NCBI GenBank assembly: GCA_913046035.1
Contig: CAJWSW010000005.1
Span: 6,667-70,666, forward strand
Reading direction: 5' to 3'
From: an uncultured Alphaproteobacteria bacterium
Lineage (GTDB): Bacteria > Pseudomonadota > Alphaproteobacteria > MPNO01 > UBA830
DNA length: 64,000 bases
Shown: positions 48,269 to 58,635 of the stretch, piece after piece
Layout: each line of letters starts with the position of its first letter
Numbering within the stretch: position 1 is the first letter of the stretch
Notes under the pieces: model-generated
Told to the model about the DNA's origin: nothing
Seen by the model: only the letters and a program-made list of their open reading frames with translations
Databases searched by the model: none
Made by a program: the position numbers and the translations under genes

Positions 48269-49504
48269 TTGATCAAACACGATATCAGTTTCGGCTGGCG
48301 GATAGAAACGCCTATCTATGCCACGGCTTTCTTTGCCGGCAATGTTTTCCCGATGATGCACGTCCTGATGCCGCTATGGGCACTGGAATTGACCAACTCT
48401 GCGTTGATAATCGGCATCATAATTTCATGCCGTCAGATCTTGCCTATATTTTTATCAATCCACGGCGGCGCTCTCCTTGATCGCTTCGGCCCCCGTAACG
48501 TAATTATTTGGATGGGGCTTGTTGGCGGCTTGTGTACCGGAATGTTTCCGGTACTCCATTTTATCTGGGCTGCAATGTTGTTGCAGATTGTCACCGGTTT
48601 TGCCGAGACTACAAATTGGATTGGTGTCCAAAGTGCGGTTGGCACAATGTTGAAAGGAAAGCCTGTTTATGCCGGGCGAATGACAGCAGCGGCGCGTTTA
48701 GGCGGCACTATTGGGCCAGTTTTGGTAGGTGTAATGTGGGACACATTTGGCCCCTATGGCGGGTTTCTATTTCTATCATCATGGATCGCTTGTGGAGCCC
48801 TGACGGCGTCTTTTTTACCACGTCATTCGGCGCAAGATCTCGCATCAGATACATCGGCGGGAGTTAGATCTGAGAAAAAGGGGCTTGGCTTGATGGTTAA
48901 GGTATCTGACTACCGCAATACAATGCGCCTCTTAGCAACGTCGGCAATCGCGCTGGTTATAATGGCGACCTTTGTGCGCCAGACCGGGTCGGGTGTGCAG
49001 TCGTCCTTCTATGGCGTTTGGTTGAGCGAGGAATTAGGTCTCACAGGAACTACAATTGGTTTCCTTATTGGGTTCGGTAACTTGGTTTCGGCAGTGTCCG
49101 CACTCACAATAGGTCCCCTGACAAAACGAGTTGCCGACTACTGGTTGCTACTTTGTATGGTCGGTTTCGCCATTGTCGGTGTCGCGCTGACGCCAATGTT
49201 GGAAGGGTTGTTGCTGCTGTCTTTTGCAATTGGTTTACGCGGCGTGGGTCAAGGTTTGAACCTACCGCTTATGATTTCTATTGCCGCCCGCTTCGTTGGG
49301 CCCAAAATCCAAGGTAGGGTCGCTGCACTTCGTATATCATTTAATCGGCTTGGGTCGGCTTTGTTTCCAATTGGAATGGGGGCGCTGGCTGAGGCTATAG
49401 GATTGGAGGCATCATTTTATGTAATTGGATTATTCGGCATCGTCCTAATCGGCGGTTTAGCAGTTTGGGTTTTCCGCTCCAAAGATAAATTTCTGGTGCT
49501 TTGA
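48269..49504 (+). CDS. MFS transporter
   Basis: About 12 TM segments, GALLDRFGPR. Confidence 0.88.
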   Translation: MIKHDISFGWRIETPIYATAFFAGNVFPMMHVLMPLWALELTNSALIIGIIISCRQILPIFLSIHGGALLDRFGPRNVIIWMGLVGGLCTGMFPVLHFIWAAMLLQIVTGFAETTNWIGVQSAVGTMLKGKPVYAGRMTAAARLGGTIGPVLVGVMWDTFGPYGGFLFLSSWIACGALTASFLPRHSAQDLASDTSAGVRSEKKGLGLMVKVSDYRNTMRLLATSAIALVIMATFVRQTGSGVQSSFYGVWLSEELGLTGTTIGFLIGFGNLVSAVSALTIGPLTKRVADYWLLLCMVGFAIVGVALTPMLEGLLLLSFAIGLRGVGQGLNLPLMISIAARFVGPKIQGRVAALRISFNRLGSALFPIGMGALAEAIGLEASFYVIGLFGIVLIGGLAVWVFRSKDKFLVL

Positions 49505-49562
49505 ACTTTCCTCAACTTGGACCCTACCACTCGACTGTATCAGTTGGTCGTCGTTTCAGCTT

Positions 49563-50846
49563 TTATTCTCTGGCGAGTTTTGTTCCATAGCTTTTGAAGA
49601 CAACTAATAAGCCGGTGGCCATAAAACATGCGATCCCGGCTGTCACGAAAATCGGGCCATAGCTCAAAATGGCATCTCTTGCTTCTCCCGCTCCGTAGGC
49701 CGCGGCTGCGGCACCAAGTTGATGGGAGGCAAAAATCCAGGAAAATGCGATAGGGCCATCAATTTTTCCAAAGAAACTGGCACTTAAACGTGCGGTCGGA
49801 GGGATGGTTGCTATAAAGTCGAACCCAAAAAATATCGCCCATAATGAAAGTGAGAAGGCGTCTAATGAGCTATAGGGCAGATAAACGAGTGACAAACCAC
49901 GAAAACCATAATAGATAGCCAGCAGGTTGTAATTGTTGAACCGGTCAGTCAGCCAACCTGAACTGGTAGCGCCGAGAAAGTTGAAGACGCCCATAAGTGC
50001 CAAGTAGGAGGACGCTACAACGATCCCAATGTTTATATCGGCACAGAAAGGAATAAAGTGCTGAGAAATTAGCCCGTTGGAGGTCAGGCCGCAGATAAAA
50101 AAAGTCGAGGCGAGCAACCAGAAACCAGGGTGTTTAGCAGATGAGGTCAGTACGCTGAGGCTTTTTGAAAAAGGATTTTCTCTCCCAACAGGCTGTTCGT
50201 CGTTGGAATTTTTTTCTCCCCCATATGAGCAGAGACCCAACTCTGACGGCCAGTTTCTGCCAAATAATAAAAAAAGAACAATGCAGATAAAACAACCAAT
50301 AGAAGGCGGATAAACGCCGTATCGCCAGCCGTGTGTTTCCACAATCCATGCAATCAATGGAATAAGAACCAGTTGACCAGCAGCAAAGGCGGAAGCCAGT
50401 ATTCCAAGGACTAATCCACGCCGTTGATCAAACCACCTGGTCGCAAGTGTAGCTGCGAAGCCAAGCCCCAACACTCCACTGGACAGGCCCAAGAAAAACC
50501 CAATCCCGACTAGAAGGTGCCATTTTTCGAAAGCAAGATTGAGCGTGGCTAGCCCAAGGATCACCAGCCCTCCGGAAACCACAACAACTTTTGTGAGGCC
50601 AATAATTGCCATTAACGCGGCTCCGAAAGGAGCAGCCAGAGCAACGGTTAAAAAAAGAACACCGATAGCCAAGGAGACGTCCCCGATCGACCAGCCAAGA
50701 TCTTTTGTGATCTCGACCATTAATATCCCCGGTGTCGCCAGTGACGCCGATGAAAAGAAGATCACTAAAAAAGCGATTGCAGCCATAAACCAACTGAAAT
50801 GAATACCCATCTGGTCAAGGAATTTTTTCATATGCGTAGCAAACAT
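49563..50846 (-). CDS. MFS transporter
   Basis: RWFDQRRGLVLG, GWLTDRF, HQLG; about 12 TM segments. Confidence 0.9.
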   Translation of the reverse strand: MFATHMKKFLDQMGIHFSWFMAAIAFLVIFFSSASLATPGILMVEITKDLGWSIGDVSLAIGVLFLTVALAAPFGAALMAIIGLTKVVVVSGGLVILGLATLNLAFEKWHLLVGIGFFLGLSSGVLGLGFAATLATRWFDQRRGLVLGILASAFAAGQLVLIPLIAWIVETHGWRYGVYPPSIGCFICIVLFLLFGRNWPSELGLCSYGGEKNSNDEQPVGRENPFSKSLSVLTSSAKHPGFWLLASTFFICGLTSNGLISQHFIPFCADINIGIVVASSYLALMGVFNFLGATSSGWLTDRFNNYNLLAIYYGFRGLSLVYLPYSSLDAFSLSLWAIFFGFDFIATIPPTARLSASFFGKIDGPIAFSWIFASHQLGAAAAAYGAGEARDAILSYGPIFVTAGIACFMATGLLVVFKSYGTKLARE

Positions 50847-50922
50847 ATTCAGTCCTTTTCAGCAGCCGCGATGGCAAGTTCACCGATGTAAATATCGATG
50901 GGCGATGACGGATATACCGGTT

Positions 50923-53280
50923 CTAAATCTGACCCGTGGCTTTAAGAATATCCTCCGGCGTCACAGGTACCGCCGAGACTTCACCGCCAAATGGGCGTAT
51001 TGCGTCGTTAACAGCGCTCAGAATGGATTGCGGTACGCCCGCCATTCCGCTCTCTCCGGCTCCCTTCGCGCCAAGTGTCGTCTTTGACGTCGGCGTGGTA
51101 ACGTGTTCTATAACGATATCTGGAGTTTCTCCTGACATAGGCACCAAATAATCCGCCATTGTAGCGTTCTGCAACTGGCCCGCCGCATCGTAAATGCAGT
51201 GTTCATAGAGGGCATCGCCCAAACCGTGCACCACGGAACCCCGTTGTTGCTCTGCGACGAGTTGTGGATTGATTACTCGGCCGCAATCCTCCACCACCCA
51301 GTAGTTGAGGACTTTTACGAAGCCGGTATCTGTATCAACTTCGACATAGGCAGCGTGGGCAGCATTAGTGAAAATATAATCTCGGACGCGAAACCGCTCT
51401 GTAGCAACCAATACCGGGTGATAGTCGTCCGGTAACTGGTAAGAGCGCAGAAATGCAATATTCCCAAGCTCCTGAAGTGTTATGCGCTCGCCGCCACTTT
51501 CGGCATCCACGACAACGCTATCGCGAATATCGAGCTCATCCGCATCCATTTGAAGCAAGATACCCGCTAACTCTAGTATTTGATACCTTAGGGTCTGTCC
51601 AGCTTTCCAAGAGGCTTCACCGCCAATCCCAGCGCCACGTGATCCATAGGTACCCCCGCCATACGGGACGGCGTTGGTATCTCCAGTAATGACGCGGACG
51701 TCCTCGAATTTAAGTCCAATTGCCGCAGCGACAACCTGTGCAAGTGCGGTTTCAGTTCCCTGTCCCTGTTCGGTCACTCCGGTTAGGACCGTTACGCCGC
51801 CGGCAGGCTCCATCCGCACTGTTGTTCCGTCCTGCGCAGAAATTGGCACATTTGCTGGGCCGTAAATTAGCGCACCTGGGTTGGTACCTTTAATGAAGGA
51901 GGCAAAGCCGATCCCACGGTGGATGCCCTTTTTGCGTGCGACTGTCTGATCCGCTTCTAGTGACTCAATGTCGATAACTTTCGCCAGCTTTTCTAGGCAC
52001 GCTTGATGGGAAAGATCGTGCAGTGGAATGCCTGCCGGCGAGGCCGCAGGATACGCATCATCTGAGATTAGATTACGGCGGCGGATCTCCATCCTATCTA
52101 AGCCCGCTGCGACCGCTGCTTTGTCGAGCAAACTGTCGCAAATAACAATTCCCATCGGGTGACCTACCGCTCGATATTGCGACGTAGGCACCATGTTCTG
52201 AAAAACGACGGTGGTTTTCGCTCGGAAATTCTCGATGTTGTATGGCCCACCCGCAATGTTTAATACCTGATTTGCCTCAACACAGCTCGTTCGAGGGTAG
52301 GCGGAATAGGCACCCGCGGCCGTGATGTCATCGAATTCGAAGGCAACAATTCTACCCTCTTCATCGATACCCATCCGGCCGACTAGCCGGTGCTGGCGCG
52401 CGTGGATATCAGATACGAAGGATTCTATTCTGTCAGCTCGATATCGAACCGGTCGGCACAGCATTATTGAGAGCACAGCGGTTGCAAACTCATCGCCATA
52501 AAAGTGGCTTTTTATGCCGTATGAGCCACCGCAGTCTTGGGCAATCACACGAATATCGCGTTCCGGAATGCCGAGATGCTTGGAGAACAGCACCTGAATC
52601 ATGTGGACAGCCTGTCCGCCATAATAAACTGTTAATTGATTTTGTGATGGGTCCCATGACGAAGTCATTACCCGTGGCTCTAGGGTGACACCAGTATGCC
52701 GGCCAAAGTCAAATGTACCTTCCACAATATGCTTGGCGGCCGCAAATCCCGCGTCCACGTCTCCTTTGTTAGCTGTGCGTTCGTACATCTTGTTATCGCC
52801 CAATTCTGGGTGCAGCACAGGCGTATCAGGGTTTAGTGCGGTCAGCATGTCAGCGACAGGGGTTTTCTCGGTCCAATCGACAGTGATCAGCTCTGCAGCA
52901 TCTTCAGCGATTGAGCGTGTGTCGGCAACGACGGCTACCACGGGTTCTCCCTGCCAGGTTGCACGGTCAACAGCAAGGGCATACTGCGGAACAGATTTCA
53001 AGGCCGGCTGGTTATCCATGGTTCCAGTCCAAGGCGTCATGCGGTCAGCAATTTCTTTCCCTGTCACGACGGCGACAACACCAGGGAGCTCAGAAGCTGC
53101 TTTCGTATCAATGTTGCCGATCTCTGCGTGAGCAAAAGGGCTCCTTACGTAGGCTACTTCGACCATTCTCGACATCGCGAGGTCATCAACATGATGGCCG
53201 CGCCCTTCTACCGCTCTTTGCGCCATAATACGCGCAGGAGATTTGCCGATTGGAGATCCGGATGCAGATGGAATAGGCAT
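50923..53280 (-). CDS. Xanthine dehydrogenase family molybdopterin-binding subunit
   Basis: RSPFAHA, GGSYGIK, QYRAVGHP, EQGQG, KGAGESG; paralogue of 41211-43592. Confidence 0.93.
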   Translation of the reverse strand: MPIPSASGSPIGKSPARIMAQRAVEGRGHHVDDLAMSRMVEVAYVRSPFAHAEIGNIDTKAASELPGVVAVVTGKEIADRMTPWTGTMDNQPALKSVPQYALAVDRATWQGEPVVAVVADTRSIAEDAAELITVDWTEKTPVADMLTALNPDTPVLHPELGDNKMYERTANKGDVDAGFAAAKHIVEGTFDFGRHTGVTLEPRVMTSSWDPSQNQLTVYYGGQAVHMIQVLFSKHLGIPERDIRVIAQDCGGSYGIKSHFYGDEFATAVLSIMLCRPVRYRADRIESFVSDIHARQHRLVGRMGIDEEGRIVAFEFDDITAAGAYSAYPRTSCVEANQVLNIAGGPYNIENFRAKTTVVFQNMVPTSQYRAVGHPMGIVICDSLLDKAAVAAGLDRMEIRRRNLISDDAYPAASPAGIPLHDLSHQACLEKLAKVIDIESLEADQTVARKKGIHRGIGFASFIKGTNPGALIYGPANVPISAQDGTTVRMEPAGGVTVLTGVTEQGQGTETALAQVVAAAIGLKFEDVRVITGDTNAVPYGGGTYGSRGAGIGGEASWKAGQTLRYQILELAGILLQMDADELDIRDSVVVDAESGGERITLQELGNIAFLRSYQLPDDYHPVLVATERFRVRDYIFTNAAHAAYVEVDTDTGFVKVLNYWVVEDCGRVINPQLVAEQQRGSVVHGLGDALYEHCIYDAAGQLQNATMADYLVPMSGETPDIVIEHVTTPTSKTTLGAKGAGESGMAGVPQSILSAVNDAIRPFGGEVSAVPVTPEDILKATGQI

Positions 53281-53299
53281 TAGATTTGAATCTTACATA

Positions 53300-54646
53300 C
53301 TAACTATTCATGAGGCCTGGAAGATAAAGAGCCAAGCCGGGGAACATAATAAGTAGGACGAGCACGACCAGGGCGCAACCTATATAAGGGGCGGCCGCTT
53401 TTGCCACCTGCCAGAGCGTTGTTCCTTTGGGTGCAACCGCTACCATAACAAATAAGAGCAACCCAAATGGCGGAGTTGTGAGGCTAATTTCGAGCGCCAA
53501 GAGCATTATTAATCCAAACCATACGAGGTCAAATTGGAAGGATTCTGCAAGAGGAAAAAAGATCGGCACGGTCAGAAGCATCATCGAAACCTGATCCATA
53601 AACATCCCAAGGATCAGCAGCACTCCAAACATGATTAGGAGAACAACAAGGGGTGATAAATCGACTTTAGTTGCCCAATCAATCAGTCCTGCACTCGCTC
53701 CCGTAAATGCGAGAAGCTGGCTAAATGTGGTTGAAGCGAGGATGATGAGGAGAACCATGGCTGTCACCCGGAGGGCTCCGGCAAACGACTTAACAAGTAC
53801 ATCCCACGTCATGACCCGGAACAAAACGCCCAATATCACAACACCAAATGCTCCGAACCCTGCAGCTTCAGTAGGCGTCGCTACTCCCAAAATTATTAAA
53901 CCGATCACACAAAATACGATGAAGCCCATTGGCAAGACGTTAACTATGAGCGACCAGATGATTTCTTTTAAAGGCGCCGGTTCGACCGAATATTCGGGCG
54001 CTGCTTCTGGGTCGAGTTTTACCTGTCCATAAATTAGTACAGAGTAAAGAACGGCTAGGATAAGTCCCGGAATCACTCCAGCGATTAAGAGCCCGCCAAT
54101 ATCAATCTCGGCAAGACTTGCAAGCAGAACAGCAAGAGCCGAGGGCGGGATGATCATTGCTAACCCCCCGGTACCGAGTATCGGACCCATCGACATATGG
54201 CCTTTATACCCACGTTTCGTCATCTCTGGGACCATGAGCGAACCCATCATAGCGGTGTTTGCCATGGTCGATCCCGACAGGGTTGCGAAAATCGTACCGC
54301 CGGCAACTGTGATGTAGGAAAGTCGCCCAGGGAGGCGACCAAAACATTGGTCTAGGGCGTCGAAAACACGGACTGCTAAGCCCGTGTGAAAAAATAATTC
54401 ACCCATAATGATAAACAGCGGTACGGGTAGAAGCGCAAAGATAGCTACCGAATCCACGGCATTTGAAACTATAAGTGGCATAGCGTCGAGACCACCGGTC
54501 AGAGTGCCATCACCCATAAATATGGCTGCGCCAATTATGTTAGTAGTAAGGAAAGCAAACGCGACCGGAAGACCAAGCAGCATTAATACTATAATCATTC
54601 CGACGAGAAAGCCTGCTATGGAATACCACTCCGTAAGTATTTCCAT
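53300..54646 (-). CDS. dctM: TRAP transporter large permease
   Basis: VPLFIIMG, SGS, IIPPS, TPTEAA, TPPFG. Confidence 0.93.
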   Translation of the reverse strand: MEILTEWYSIAGFLVGMIIVLMLLGLPVAFAFLTTNIIGAAIFMGDGTLTGGLDAMPLIVSNAVDSVAIFALLPVPLFIIMGELFFHTGLAVRVFDALDQCFGRLPGRLSYITVAGGTIFATLSGSTMANTAMMGSLMVPEMTKRGYKGHMSMGPILGTGGLAMIIPPSALAVLLASLAEIDIGGLLIAGVIPGLILAVLYSVLIYGQVKLDPEAAPEYSVEPAPLKEIIWSLIVNVLPMGFIVFCVIGLIILGVATPTEAAGFGAFGVVILGVLFRVMTWDVLVKSFAGALRVTAMVLLIILASTTFSQLLAFTGASAGLIDWATKVDLSPLVVLLIMFGVLLILGMFMDQVSMMLLTVPIFFPLAESFQFDLVWFGLIMLLALEISLTTPPFGLLLFVMVAVAPKGTTLWQVAKAAAPYIGCALVVLVLLIMFPGLALYLPGLMNS

Positions 54647-55158
54647 TACAGAGTTTCTCCAGACGTCGCTTTGTTTGAGTAGTAGGTGTCAAACCCTAAC
54701 AGGTAACGGACAAACTCAATTGCAACCAGTGAAAATCCGATAGGGAACGGCACCATCAGTAACCATTTCGGCATATCAACGGAACGAAGGTCCTGCTCTC
54801 CGGTTTTGATTGCGTCTATCGTCTCAATTGCGCCGTAATAAACAAATAGAAGGGAAAGAAAAATACATACGAGATATACTATTTTCTCCACGACCTTCCT
54901 GAGTGTTGGTTGCATCGCCATTCTAAGTGACTCTACAACAACGTGGCCCTTGTGCCGCACCAGATATGGTGCGCCAAACATCGTGCAGTAAAATAAACTG
55001 TATTCGGCTACGGCGCTGTACCACTGAATAGAATTAAAACCAATTGTTCGAAGGGTGACGTCACAAATTATCCCAACGAATATCACTGCCAGGAGCACGC
55101 CTCCGATGACCGCAAGTCCGAAGATCAGCTTGTTATAAAGATAGCTAATAAGGGCCAT
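54646..55158 (-). CDS. dctQ: TRAP transporter small permease
   Basis: 4 TM segments, GHVVVE, located between dctP and dctM. Confidence 0.88.
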   Translation of the reverse strand: MALISYLYNKLIFGLAVIGGVLLAVIFVGIICDVTLRTIGFNSIQWYSAVAEYSLFYCTMFGAPYLVRHKGHVVVESLRMAMQPTLRKVVEKIVYLVCIFLSLLFVYYGAIETIDAIKTGEQDLRSVDMPKWLLMVPFPIGFSLVAIEFVRYLLGFDTYYSNKATSGETL

Positions 55159-55177
55159 AAGCGTAACGGGTAAATAA

Positions 55178-55207
55178 TGCCCTCCAGCCTGTTTAGGCTG
55201 GAGGGCA
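55178..55207 (-). terminator. Strong hairpin between dctP and dctQ (mRNA stabiliser or partial terminator)
   Basis: TGCCCTCCAGCCT-GTTT-AGGCTGGAGGGCA, 13-bp stem, followed on the minus strand by TTATTT. Confidence 0.75.
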
Positions 55208-55221
55208 GAAATTAAAGTAGC

Positions 55222-56217
55222 TTACTGACCGTGGAAGAGGCGGCTTAACTCTTTGGCTTCTGGCGAGTTAAGCTTTTTTAGTCGCTCAATAGGCATTCCA
55301 TTTGCCAGCGTAATGTATTTTTTTGCTGCAGCCCCAGACATAACGATTTCTTTGGCGCCGCCTTTCTTATAAATCTCTCTTTCTTTCTCTACGAGAGGAC
55401 CCCATATTTTTGCGGACTCACGCTCCCAATCTTCCCCGACTTGTAGCAAAATCCTTTTGCCTTCGGGGCTCAGTTTAGCGAGGGCCTTATTGCTTACAAA
55501 AGTGCAAGCTTCGATTTGGTAGAAAGATGGATGTACTGTGTGAGTTACAAATTTGTTCCACTTAAACTTTCGTGTCCAGAGGTTTGGAAACGCAAAGCCG
55601 TCAACAACGCCTCTTTGGAGGGCCTCATAAATTTCTGGAACTTGCACAGTCATTGTTGTCGCGCCAAGACCCTGCAAAAACGCGTCATAAATTGGAACCG
55701 AACGCATCTTAAAACCCTTCAGTGATATCACCCCATCGGGACCAATCGTTGGCTTCTTTCCTAGATACAATTGGAACTGAACGCTTGACGCTGTGTGAGA
55801 GAGAATGATGCCCTTGAGCCGCTTGCTAATAGCCTTGTTCAGGACGGCCATGCCGCCACTTTTCCGGGCATCCCAGGGTTTGATCTGCTGAGCAGAAAGT
55901 GCGTCGACCTCGGGGATGGAGCCTTGTAAGTAAGTCGCCGCAGTATACATGAGATCGTAAACGCCTGATTTGAAGCCTTTCGCCTGCGCTGCAGGCTTTC
56001 CGAGTTCTGAACCACCCGTCCATTTAATTTTGAAATGTCCTTTACCGCGTTTGTTCGCTTCTTCTATGAAGGGGAGGTAGTCTTTCGCGACCATTGGAAA
56101 GCTTTTTGGCCACCCTGAAATCCCCTTAAGGGTAACTTCGGCCGCCTGTGCCGCGGGAATTGCGAGAACACCGCTCAATGCAACAGCGGCAACCGCCGAG
56201 ATGGAAAATTTATTCAT
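55222..56217 (-). CDS. dctP: TRAP transporter substrate-binding protein
   Basis: Signal peptide from MNKFSISA (start revised to 56217), LKGFKMRS, EIYEALQRGVVDG. Confidence 0.9.
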   Translation of the reverse strand: MNKFSISAVAAVALSGVLAIPAAQAAEVTLKGISGWPKSFPMVAKDYLPFIEEANKRGKGHFKIKWTGGSELGKPAAQAKGFKSGVYDLMYTAATYLQGSIPEVDALSAQQIKPWDARKSGGMAVLNKAISKRLKGIILSHTASSVQFQLYLGKKPTIGPDGVISLKGFKMRSVPIYDAFLQGLGATTMTVQVPEIYEALQRGVVDGFAFPNLWTRKFKWNKFVTHTVHPSFYQIEACTFVSNKALAKLSPEGKRILLQVGEDWERESAKIWGPLVEKEREIYKKGGAKEIVMSGAAAKKYITLANGMPIERLKKLNSPEAKELSRLFHGQ

Positions 56218-56315
56218 AATTATCTCCCTGTTTTTTTTACAACCTTTTAAGCATTCGAAGGGTCCACCATTTTTGCTTTGTGCGCAAGTGAAACAACGCT
56301 TTTTGACTACGTGAC

Positions 56316-57539
56316 TCAATTAGCAATTGCGGTTTGTTTTTTGCTTGCAACATACCAAAGTGTGACAGCGACTGCGATTAAAAGTAGGGGTATTGCTCCG
56401 ATATTTACCCAATCCCAGCCAAAGAAGTGAATAAACGCGCCAGATGAAAGCGCGCCGCAGGCCACGACTGTATAGATAATCTGGTTCATCATACCCTGGG
56501 TCTTGGCTCTCTCCGCAGGCGTGTAGGCGGTGGTCATCAGGCTGGTGGCGGCAGTAAAGGTGAAATTCCAGCCGATCCCCAGAAGAAACATTGATAACCA
56601 GAAATCAATGACTTTGACCCCAGATAAGGCGACGCCGATGCACGCGGCTTCCAGAAGCAACCCGATTAGAATTATGGTCACGGCGCCGAACTTGCGGACG
56701 AGGAAACCCGTAAAAACACCCGGAGCGAACATTGCAAAAGTATGCCACGCGATCACGCCCGCCGTTGCTCCAAAGCTATGGCCGCAAATTGAGATCATGG
56801 CTATGGGTGTCGCGGTCATCAAAAAATTCATCACGCACTGTGCCACCGTCGCCGAGACCGCCGCCGCAATGAAGACTGGCTGTTTCATAATTTCCAACAT
56901 TGACCGCTGCTCACCTTCGAGCTGCGCCTTAGTCAGGTTCGGGATACGCAGGAAAATGAGCGTAATTGCAGCAACAAGCGCTGTCCCGACCAGAAATAGG
57001 AATGTACCGCCGAACCTGTCGACGTCACCGGCATACCAGTCGCGCGGCACCATATTTTCGCCCCATATAGCAAGCCCTGCACCGGCGAAACCAGAAAAGA
57101 CGCCCCCTGCGAGCACTAGGGAAATTGCAATGCTTCGATATCTCTCAGTGATGCCGTCTGCCGCAGCAAAACGATAAAGCTGAGCAAAACCAGCGAAAAA
57201 GCCGAACACAAGGCCTCCAATTGAAAGCAACCAGAAGCTCGCGAATATGACCGCGGCGAAGCACATTACCGCGCTTACGGTTGCTAACCCAGTTCCAATC
57301 AGGAAACCTACCCGTCGACCGGTACGCCGAGTAATCATAGAGGCTATCCAGGCTGCAAGTGCGTTGCCTATTACAACAGTGGCGGCTGGCAGCGTCGCTA
57401 GAGCTAGGTGAGGCGCGAAGCCAGGTAGCAAGGCAACGGCCGGGGCGGTCACCATGAAAAGGCCCCGGCCGGTGCCAAAAAGCATTTGGCAAGTGCTTAA
57501 AATCGCGACGTTACCAATATCTCGCGCGCGGTAGGACAA
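56316..57539 (-). CDS. MFS transporter
   Basis: GRRVGF, YRFAAAD, AISLVLAGG, MTATP, GIGWNF. Confidence 0.9.
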   Translation of the reverse strand: MSYRARDIGNVAILSTCQMLFGTGRGLFMVTAPAVALLPGFAPHLALATLPAATVVIGNALAAWIASMITRRTGRRVGFLIGTGLATVSAVMCFAAVIFASFWLLSIGGLVFGFFAGFAQLYRFAAADGITERYRSIAISLVLAGGVFSGFAGAGLAIWGENMVPRDWYAGDVDRFGGTFLFLVGTALVAAITLIFLRIPNLTKAQLEGEQRSMLEIMKQPVFIAAAVSATVAQCVMNFLMTATPIAMISICGHSFGATAGVIAWHTFAMFAPGVFTGFLVRKFGAVTIILIGLLLEAACIGVALSGVKVIDFWLSMFLLGIGWNFTFTAATSLMTTAYTPAERAKTQGMMNQIIYTVVACGALSSGAFIHFFGWDWVNIGAIPLLLIAVAVTLWYVASKKQTAIAN

Positions 57540-57556
57540 CCAATGGCTCCAAGAAG

Positions 57557-57585
57557 AACGCCCCGGCCATATTGACCGAGGCGTT
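57557..57585 (-). terminator. Hairpin/terminator downstream of the TctC-like gene
   Basis: Minus strand AACGCCUCGGUCA-AUA-UGGCCGGGGCGUU followed by CUUCUU. Confidence 0.65.
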
Positions 57586-57609
57586 ATTCGCTACAAATAA
57601 AAATCTAGA

Positions 57610-58635
57610 TCAGGATGCGCTACCAAAAAGAATTTGGTTGGTTCGCTTTATGATGTCTGCAGACATGCCGACACTGTCATCCACGGTTTTGTGGATATCT
57701 TCAGCACTTGTGTAGGTGACTTGAAGCTTTCGCTTTTTCATATCAGCCACAAATGCAGGGTCTTTCGCCATTTCGACAAACGCCGACTTCAGGAACGCGG
57801 TTCTGTCTTTTGGAACGTCTTTATGAACAGCTAAGCTGCGGCCGATTGCGATCAGTGAAGACATAAAGTTAACTATCGGCTTGTCCTTTGCTGCGACAAG
57901 ATCTTTGAGGTTTGGAACGCCTTTCAACTCTGGATCAGGCGTTGGGCCCATCTGCATGACTGGAACAGCAAAGCCATCCTTAAACCATGCCTGTCGATTG
58001 GTTTTAAAGGCTAGCCAGGTAAGGTTGATGCCAGCGGCTTCGCCTTGCTCCATGGCTAGTAGCATCTTTTTAGAGCCCTTATAGCCCCTCACGATTTTGA
58101 TTTTGGTGCCAAGAAGTCCGTTAATAAGTGCGGGAACTTGACATGTTTGAGACCCAAGCCCAGAGCAAGCAAAAGGAACTGCCTTGGACTTCAAATCCTG
58201 CCAACTCTTTACACCAGAGTCTGCTCGGACTGCAGATAATGAGTTGCTGCGAACCGCTGCTCCAAGCCATCTAAAATCACGGGAGTCATATTTTGCTTTT
58301 TTGGGCTTTAACATTTGAGTGATAGCAAGAGTGTCGGGCGGTAATATGATGGCAGTCCCGTCTCTTTTAGCGACGTTGGCATAGTAGTTCGTCATTTTCA
58401 GGCCACCTGCGCCTGGCATCGATTTTACGATAACAGAATCGGCGCCGATGCGGGGCCTGAGGTGTTCACCCATAATTGTTGCGCTCTTGCCGTAGGTGCC
58501 GCCGAGCCCATAACCGATATAGATCTCGACTGTTTTACCCTTGTAGAAATTTTGGGCGGATTGCGCTGAAGCCGCCGTTGCACCGATAGCAAGTGCGGCT
58601 CCCGCAACGATCGCCGAAGTCAGAAATTTTTTCAT
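57610..58635 (-). CDS. Tripartite tricarboxylate transporter substrate-binding protein (Bug/TctC)
   Basis: Signal peptide MKKFLT (start revised to 58635), FYKGKTV..GGTY, MPGAGG, GYKGS. Confidence 0.88.
   Translation of the reverse strand: MKKFLTSAIVAGAALAIGATAASAQSAQNFYKGKTVEIYIGYGLGGTYGKSATIMGEHLRPRIGADSVIVKSMPGAGGLKMTNYYANVAKRDGTAIILPPDTLAITQMLKPKKAKYDSRDFRWLGAAVRSNSLSAVRADSGVKSWQDLKSKAVPFACSGLGSQTCQVPALINGLLGTKIKIVRGYKGSKKMLLAMEQGEAAGINLTWLAFKTNRQAWFKDGFAVPVMQMGPTPDPELKGVPNLKDLVAAKDKPIVNFMSSLIAIGRSLAVHKDVPKDRTAFLKSAFVEMAKDPAFVADMKKRKLQVTYTSAEDIHKTVDDSVGMSADIIKRTNQILFGSAS

Noticed and set aside
56530-57177. Long antisense ORFs (this 215-aa one, 27870-28460, 5088-5642 and others in alternative frames)
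   Set aside because: They are shadows of well-supported genes and have no family motifs.
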